Assembly: GCA_964016885.1 (NCBI GenBank)
Contig: OZ024742.1
Coordinates: 31,930,001 to 31,994,000, forward strand
Length of the DNA stretch: 64,000 nt
Source: Eledone cirrhosa
Lineage: Eukaryota
Reading direction: 5' to 3'
Part shown: piece by piece, positions 56,401-64,000 of the stretch
Layout: each line of letters opens with the position of its first letter
Numbering within the stretch: the stretch's first letter is position 1
Made by a program: the position numbers and the translations under genes
The notes under the pieces: model-generated
Told to the model about the DNA's origin: nothing
The model's database searches: none
The model's input: the letters and a program-made list of their open reading frames with translations, nothing else

Positions 56401-59400
56401 CACTGTTACTTAACTGTTCCAACCTAATGTCTGTGGTATGTGGACTGTAGTCTCTGGTAACTCAATGTCTTCACTGTTCCAACCTAATATCTGTGGTCTG
56501 TGGACTGTAGTCTCTGGTAACTCAATGTCTTCACTGTTACTTAACTGTTCCAACCTAATATCTGTGGTCTGTGAACTGTAGTCTCTGGTAACTCAATGTC
56601 TTCACTGTTACTTAACTGTTCCAACCTAATATCTGTGGTATGAGGACTGTGGTCTCTGGTAACTCAATGTCTTCACTGTTACTTAACTGTTCCAACCTAA
56701 TATCTGTGGTCTGTGGACTGTAGTCTCTGGTAACTCAATGTCTTCACTGTTATTTAACTGTTGCTACCTAATATCTGTAATCTGTGGACTGTAGTCTCTG
56801 GTAACTCAATGTCTTCATTGTTACTTAACTGTTCCAACCTAATGTCTGTGGTATGTGGACTGTAGTCTCTGGTAACTCAATATCTTCACTGTTCCAACCT
56901 AATATCTGTGGTCTGTGGACTGTAGTCTCTGGTAACTCAATGTCTTCACTGTTACTTAACTGTTCAAACCTAATGTCTGTGGTATGTGGACTGTAGTCTC
57001 TGGTAACTCAATGTCTTCACTGTTCCAACCTAATATCTGTGGTCTGTGGACTGTAGTCTCTGGTAACTCAATGTCTTCACTGTTACTTAACTGTTCAAAC
57101 CTAATGTCTGTGGTATGTGGACTGTAGTCTCTGGTAACTCAATGTCTTCACTGTTCCAACCTAATATCTGTGGTCTGTGGACTGTAGTCTCTGGTAACTC
57201 AATGTCTTCACTGTTACTTAACTGTTCCAACCTAATGTCTGTGGTATGTGGACTGTAGTCTCTGGTAACTCAATGTCTTCACTGTTCCAACCTAATATCT
57301 GTGGTCTGTGGACTGTAGTCTCTGGTAACTCAATGTTTTCACTGTTACTTAACTGTTCAAACCTAATGTCTGTGGTATGTGGACTGTAGTCTCTGGTAAC
57401 TCAATGTCTTCACTGTTCCAACCTAATATCTGTGGTATGTGGACTGTGGTCTCTGGTAACTCAATGTCTTCACTGTTACTTAACTGTTCCAACCTAATAT
57501 CTGTGGTCTGTGGACTGTAGTCTGGTAACTCAATGTCTTCACTGTTACTTAACTGTTCCAACCTAATGTCTGTGGTCTGTGGACTGTAGTCTCTGGTAAC
57601 TCAATGTCTTCACTGTTACTTAACTGTTCCAACCTAATATCTGTGGTATGTGGACTGTGGTCTCTGGTAACTCAATGTCTTCACTGTTACTTAACTGTTC
57701 CAACCTAATATCTGTGGTCTGTGGACTGTAGTCTCTGGTAACTCAATGTCTTCACTGTTACTTAACTGTTCCTACCTAATATCTGTAATCTGTGGACTGT
57801 AGTCTCTGGTAACTCAATGTCTTCACTGTTACTTAACTGTTCCAACCTAATGTCTGTGGTATGTGGACTGTAGTCTCTGGTAACTCAATGTCTTCACTGT
57901 TCCAACCTAATATCTGTGGTCTGTGGACTGTAGTCTCTGGTAACTCAATGTCTTCACTGTTACTTAACTGTTCCAACCTAATATCTGTGGTCTGTGGACT
58001 GTAGTCTCTGGTAACTCAATGTCTTCACTGTTACTTAACTGTTCCAACCTAATATCTGTGGTCTGTGGACTTTAGTCTCTGGTAACTTAATGTCTTCACT
58101 GTTACTTAACTGTTCCAACCTAATATCTGTGGTATGTGGACTGTAGTGTCTGGTAACTCAATGTCTTCACTGTTACTTAACTGTTCCAACCTAATGTCTG
58201 TGGTATGTGGACTGTAGTCTCTGGTAACTCAATGTCTTCACTGTTACTTAACTGTTCCTACCTAATATCTGTGGTCTGTGGACTGTAGTCTCTGGTAACT
58301 CAATGTCTTCACTGTTACTTAACTGTTCCAACCTAATGTCTGTGGTCTGTGGACTGTAGTCTTTGGTAACTCAATGTCTTCACTGTTACTTAACTGTTCC
58401 AACCTAATATCTGTGGTCTGTGGACTGTAGTCTCTGGTAACTCAATGTCTTCACTGTTATTTAACTGTTCCTACCTAATATCTGTAATCTGTGGACTGTA
58501 GTCTCTGGTAACTCAATGTCTTCACTGTTACTTAACTGTTCCAACCTAATATCTGTGGTCTGTGGACTGTAGTCTCTGGTAACTCAATGTCTTCACTGTT
58601 ACTTAACTGTTCCAACCTAATGTCTGTGGTATGTGGACTGTAGTCTCTGGTAACTCAATGTCTTCACCGTTCCAACCTAATATCTCTGGTCTGTGGACTG
58701 TAGTCTCTGGTAACTCAATGTCTTCACTGTTACTTAACTGTTCCAACCTAATGTGTGTGGTCTGTGGACTGTGGTCTCTGGTAACTCAATGTCTTCACTG
58801 TTACTTAACTGTTCCAACCTAATGTGTGTGGTCTGTGGACTGTGGTCTCTGGTAACTCAATGTCTTCACTGTTACTTAACTGTTCCAACCTAATATCTGT
58901 GGTATGTGGACTGTGGTCACTGGTAACTCAATGTCTTCACTGTTACTTAACTGTTCCAACCTAATATCTGTAATCTGTGGACTGTAGTCTCTGGTAACTC
59001 AATGTCTTCACTGTTACTTAACTGTTCCAACCTAATGTCTGTGGTATGTGGACTGTAGTCTCTGGTAACTCAATGTCTTCACTGTTCCAACCTAATATCT
59101 GTGGTCTGTGGACTGTAGTCTCTGGTAACTCAATGTCTTCACTGTTACTTAACTGTTCCAACCTAATATCTGTGGTCTGTGGACTGTAGTCTCTGGTAAC
59201 TCAATGTCTTCACTGTTCCAACCTAATATCTGTGGTCTGTGGACTGTAGTCTCTGGTAACTCAATGTCTTCACTGTTACTTAACTGTTCCAACCTAATAT
59301 CTGTGGTCTGTGGACTGTAGTCTCTGGTAACTCAATGTCTTCACTGTTACTTAACTGTTCCAACCTAATATCTGTGGTATGTGGACTGTACTCTCCGGTA

Positions 59401-62400
59401 ACTCAATGTCTTCACTGTTACTTAACTGTTCCAACCTAATGTCTGTGGTATGTGGACTGTAGTCTCTGGTAACTCAATGTCTTCACTGTTACTTAACTGT
59501 TCCAACCTAATATCTGTGGTCTGTGGACTGTAGTCTCTGGTAACTCAATGTCTTCACTGTTACTTAACTGTTCCTACCTAATATCTGTGGTATGTGGACT
59601 GTGGTCTCTGGTAACTCAATGTCTTCACTGTTACTTAACTGTTCCAACCTAATATCTGCGGTCTGTGGACTGTAGTGTCTGGTAACTCAATGTCTTCACT
59701 GTTACTTAACTGTTCCAACCTAATATCTGCGGTCTGTGGACTGTAGTCTCTGGTAACTCAATGTCTTCACTGTTACTTAACTGTTCCAACCTAATGTCTG
59801 TGGTCTGTGGACTGTAGTCTCTGGTAACTCAATGTCTTCACTGTTACTTAACTGTTCCTACCTAATATCTGTGGTATGTGGACTGTGGTCTCTGGTAACT
59901 CAATGTCTTCACTGTTACTTAACTGTTCCAACCTAATATCTGCGGTCTGTGGACTGTAGTCTCTGGTAACTCAATGTCTTCACTGTTACTTAACTGTTCC
60001 AACCTAATGTCTGTGGTCTGTGGACTGTAGTCTCTGGTAACTCAATGTCTTCACTGTTACTTAACTGTTCCTACCTAATATCTGTGGTATGTGGACTGTG
60101 GTCTCTGGTAACTCAATGTCTTCACTGTTACTTAACTGTTCCAACCTAATATCTGCGGTCTGTGGACTGTAGTCTCTGGTAACTCAATGTCTTCACTGTT
60201 ACTTAACTGTTCCAACCTAATGTCTGTGGTCTGTGGACTGTAGTCTCTGGTAACTCAATGTCTTCACTGTTACTTAACTGTTCCAACCTAATATCTGTGG
60301 TCTGTGGACTGTAGTCTCTGGTAACTCAATGTCTTCACTGTTACTTAACTGTTCCTACCTAATATCTGTAATCTGTGGACTGTAGTCTCTGGTAAGTCAA
60401 TGTCTTCACTGTTACTTAACTGTTCCAACCTAATGTCTGTGGTATGTGGACTGTAGTCTCTGGTAACTCAATGTCTTCACTGTTCCAACCTAATATCTGT
60501 GGTCTGTGGACTGTAGTCTCTGGTAACTCAATGTCTTCACTGTTACTTAACTGTTCCAACCTAATATCTGTGGTCTGTGGACTGTAGTCTCTGGTAACTC
60601 AATGTCTTCACTGTTACTTAACTGTTCCTACCTAATATCTGTAATCTGTGGACTGTAGTCTCTGGTAACTCAATGTCTTCACTGTTACTTAACTGTTCCA
60701 ACCTAATGTCTGTGGTATGTGGACTGTAGTCTCTGGTAACTCAATGTCTTCACTGTTCCAACCTAATATCTGTGGTCTGTGGACTGTAGTCTCTGGTAAC
60801 TCAATGTCTTCACTGTTACTTAACTGTTCCAACCTAATATCTGTGGTCTGTGGACTGTAGTCTCTGGTAACTCAATGTCTTCACTGTTGCTTAACTGTTC
60901 CAACCTAATGTCTGTGGTCTGTGGACTGTAGTCTCTGGTAACTCAATGTCTTCACTGTTACTTAACTGTTCCAACCTAATATCTGTGGTATGTGGACTGT
61001 GGTGTCTGGTAACTCAATGTCTTCACTGTTACTTAACTGTTCCAACCTAATATCTGTGGTCTGTGGACTGTAGTCTCTGGTAACTCAATGTCTTCACTGT
61101 TACTTAACTGTTCCTACCTAATATCTGTAATCTGTGGACTGTAGTCTCTGGTAACTCAATGTCTTCACTGTTACTTAACTGTTCCAACCTAATGTCTGTG
61201 GTATGTGGACTGTAGTCTCTGGTAACTCAATGTCTTCACTGTTCCAACCTAATATCTGTGGTCTGTGGACTGTAGTCTCTGGTAACTCAATGTCTTCACT
61301 GTTACTTAACTGTTCCAACCTAATATCTGTGGTCTGTGAACTGTAGTCTCTGGTAACTCAATGTCTTCACTGTTACTTAACTGTTCCAACCTAATATCTG
61401 TGGTATGAGGACTGTGGTCTCTGGTAACTCAATGTCTTCACTGTTACTTAACTGTTCCAACCTAATATCTGTGGTCTGTGGACTGTAGTCTCTGGTAACT
61501 CAATGTCTTCACTGTTATTTAACTGTTGCTACCTAATATCTGTAATCTGTGGACTGTAGTCTCTGGTAACTCAATGTCTTCATTGTTACTTAACTGTTCC
61601 AACCTAATGTCTGTGGTATGTGGACTGTAGTCTCTGGTAACTCAATATCTTCACTGTTCCAACCTAATATCTGTGGTCTGTGGACTGTAGTCTCTGGTAA
61701 CTCAATGTCTTCACTGTTACTTAACTGTTCAAACCTAATGTCTGTGGTATGTGGACTGTAGTCTCTGGTAACTCAATGTCTTCACTGTTCCAACCTAATA
61801 TCTGTGGTCTGTGGACTGTAGTCTCTGGTAACTCAATGTCTTCACTGTTACTTAACTGTTCAAACCTAATGTCTGTGGTATGTGGACTGTAGTCTCTGGT
61901 AACTCAATGTCTTCACTGTTCCAACCTAATATCTGTGGTCTGTGGACTGTAGTCTCTGGTAACTCAATGTCTTCACTGTTACTTAACTGTTCCAACCTAA
62001 TGTCTGTGGTATGTGGACTGTAGTCTCTGGTAACTCAATGTCTTCACTGTTCCAACCTAATATCTGTGGTCTGTGGACTGTAGTCTCTGGTAACTCAATG
62101 TCTTCACTGTTACTTAACTGTTCAAACCTAATGTCTGTGGTATGTGGACTGTAGTCTCTGGTAACTCAATGTCTTCACTGTTCCAACCTAATATCTGTGG
62201 TATGTGGACTGTGGTCTCTGGTAACTCAATGTCTTCACTGTTACTTAACTGTTCCAACCTAATATCTGTGGTCTGTGGACTGTAGTCTGGTAACTCAATG
62301 TCTTCACTGTTACTTAACTGTTCCAACCTAATGTCTGTGGTCTGTGGACTGTAGTCTCTGGTAACTCAATGTCTTCACTGTTACTTAACTGTTCCAACCT

Positions 62401-62630
62401 AATATCTGTGGTATGTGGACTGTGGTCTCTGGTAACTCAATGTCTTCACTGTTACTTAACTGTTCCAACCTAATATCTGTGGTCTGTGGACTGTAGTCTC
62501 TGGTAACTCAATGTCTTCACTGTTACTTAACTGTTCCTACCTAATATCTGTAATCTGTGGACTGTAGTCTCTGGTAACTCAATGTCTTCACTGTTACTTA
62601 ACTGTTCCAACCTAATGTCTGTGGTATGTG
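52700..62630. repeat. Tandem duplication, period 4758/4765 bp
   Basis: 53873/58631 and CTCCGG 54638/59396 are +4758. CATTG near 56816/61581 and 57349/62114 are +4765. The 7-bp difference matches the deletion near 54900. Confidence 0.92.
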
Positions 62631-64000
62631 GACTGTAGGCTCTGGTAACTCAATGTCTTCACTGTTCCAACCTAATATCTGTGGTCTGTGGACTGTAGTC
62701 TCTGGTAACTCAATGTCTTCACTGTTACTTAACTGTTCCAACCTAATATCTGTGGTCTGTGGACTGTAGTCTCTGGTAACTCAATGTCTTCACTGTTACT
62801 TAACTGTTCCAACCTAATATCTGTGGTATGTGGACTGTGGTCTCTGGTAACTCAATGTCTTCACTGTTACTTAACTGTTCCAACCTAATATCTGTGGTCT
62901 GTGGACTGTAGTCTCTGGTAACTCAATGTCTTCACTGTTACTTAACTGTTCCTACCTAATATCTGTAATCTGTGGACTGTAGTCTCTGGTAACTCAATGT
63001 CTTCACTGTTACTTAACTGTTCCAACCTAATGTCTGTGATATGTGGACTGTAGTCTCTGGTAACTCAATGTCTTCACTGTTCCAACCTAATATCTGTGGT
63101 CTGTGGACTGTAGTCTCTGGTAACTCAATGTCTTCACTGTTACTTAACTGTTCCAACCTAATATCTGTGGTCTGTGGACTGTAGTCTCTGGTAACTCAAT
63201 GTCTTCACTGTTACTTAACTGTTCCAACCTAATATCTGTGGTCTGTGGACTGTAGTCTCTGGTAACTCAATGTCTTCACTGTTACTTAACTGTTCCTACC
63301 TAATATCTGTAATCTGTGGACTGTAGTCTCTGGTAACTCAATGTCTTCACTGTTACTTAACTGTTCCAACCTAATGTCTGTGGTATGTGGACTGTAGTCT
63401 CTGGTAACTCAATGTCTTCACTGTTCCAACCTAATATCTGTGGTCTGTGGACTGTAGTCTCTGGTAACTCAATGTCTTCACTGTTACTTAACTGTTCCAA
63501 CCTAATATCTGTGGTCTGTGGACTGTAGTCTCTGGTAACTCAATGTCTTCACTGTTACTTAACTGTTCCTACCTAATATCTGTAATCTGTGGACTGTAGT
63601 CTCTGGTAACTCAATGTCTTCACTGTTACTTAACTGTTCCAGCCTAATGTCTGTGGTATGTGGACTGTAGTCTCTGGTAACTCAATGTCTTCACTGTTCC
63701 AACCTAATATCTGTGGTCTGTGGACTGTAGTCTCTGGTAACTCAATGTCTTCACTGTTACTTAACTGTTCCAACCTAATATCTGTGGTATGTGGACTGTG
63801 GTGTCTGGTAACTCAATGTCTTCACTGTTACTTAACTGTTCCAACCTAATATCTGTGGTCTGTGGACTGTAGTCTCTGGTAACTCAATGTCTTCACTGTT
63901 ACTTAACTGTTCCTACCTAATATCTGTAATCTGTGGACTGTAGTCTCTGGTAACTCAATGTCTTCACTGTTACTTAACTGTTCCAACCTAATGTCTGTTG

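Larger units (their letters stand above)
1..64000. repeat. Tandem satellite array, 71-bp monomer with 60-bp deletion variant, about 900 copies, single orientation
   Basis: Bases 1-71 recur at 72 and continue to the end of the window. Monomers typically differ from consensus at only 0-5 positions. No non-repeat sequence or strand switch was seen. Confidence 0.99.

Noticed and set aside
776-62326. Eleven 70-aa minus-strand ORFs (MEQLSNSEDIELP...)
   Set aside because: They start at a TTG within the repeat. They exist only where a 2-bp-deleted unit and a 60-bp unit happen to delay a stop. The 71-bp unit is not a multiple of 3 and variants show no frame preservation.
9912-63849. Six 63-aa plus-strand ORFs (MWTVVSGNSMSS...), with a C-x2-C look
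   Set aside because: They are chance read-through caused by TAG>TGG variants. The duplicate at 4475 lacks the ATG. There is no real domain or gene context.
1-64000. CRISPR array (period of 60-71 bp resembles repeat plus spacer)
   Set aside because: There are no unique spacers because the entire unit is conserved. No leader or cas genes are present.
1-64000. Synthetic concatemer or recording array (BbsI site GTCTTC in nearly every unit, BsaI site GGTCTC in one variant)
   Set aside because: Nested duplications with inherited point variants and slippage indels fit natural evolution. No vector, barcode or promoter sequence is present.
1-64000. Telomeric repeat, G-quadruplex array or CENP-B-box satellite
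   Set aside because: There is no short canonical telomere unit and no GGG tracts. The CENP-B box requires CpGs, which are absent from the consensus.

Overview
The whole 64 kb window is one uninterrupted head-to-tail satellite array, in a single orientation and running off both ends. It holds roughly 900 copies of a 71-bp monomer (consensus ATGTCTTCACTGTTACTTAACTGTTCCAACCTAATATCTGTGGTCTGTGGACTGTAGTCTCTGGTAACTCA, about 41% GC, T-rich on +, no CpG or GpC). A frequent 60-bp variant lacks ACTTAACTGTT, and a few rarer indel variants occur. I found no gene, RNA gene, transposon, CRISPR spacer or unique sequence; the listed ORFs are by-products of the repeat. The information lies in the order of monomer variants, which shows a nested hierarchy: a 7-bp sub-repeat, the 71/60-bp monomer, a 4-7-mer cassette (273/344/415/486 bp), recent tandem duplications of 1.7-5.4 kb, and an 11.5-13.6 kb super-period. 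This resembles a young, actively turning-over eukaryotic satellite with higher-order repeats. Organism, family and function cannot be determined from the sequence alone, and I see no evidence of a new protein-coding or defence system. Duplication boundaries are approximate (about one monomer) and were read by eye from rare marker variants.
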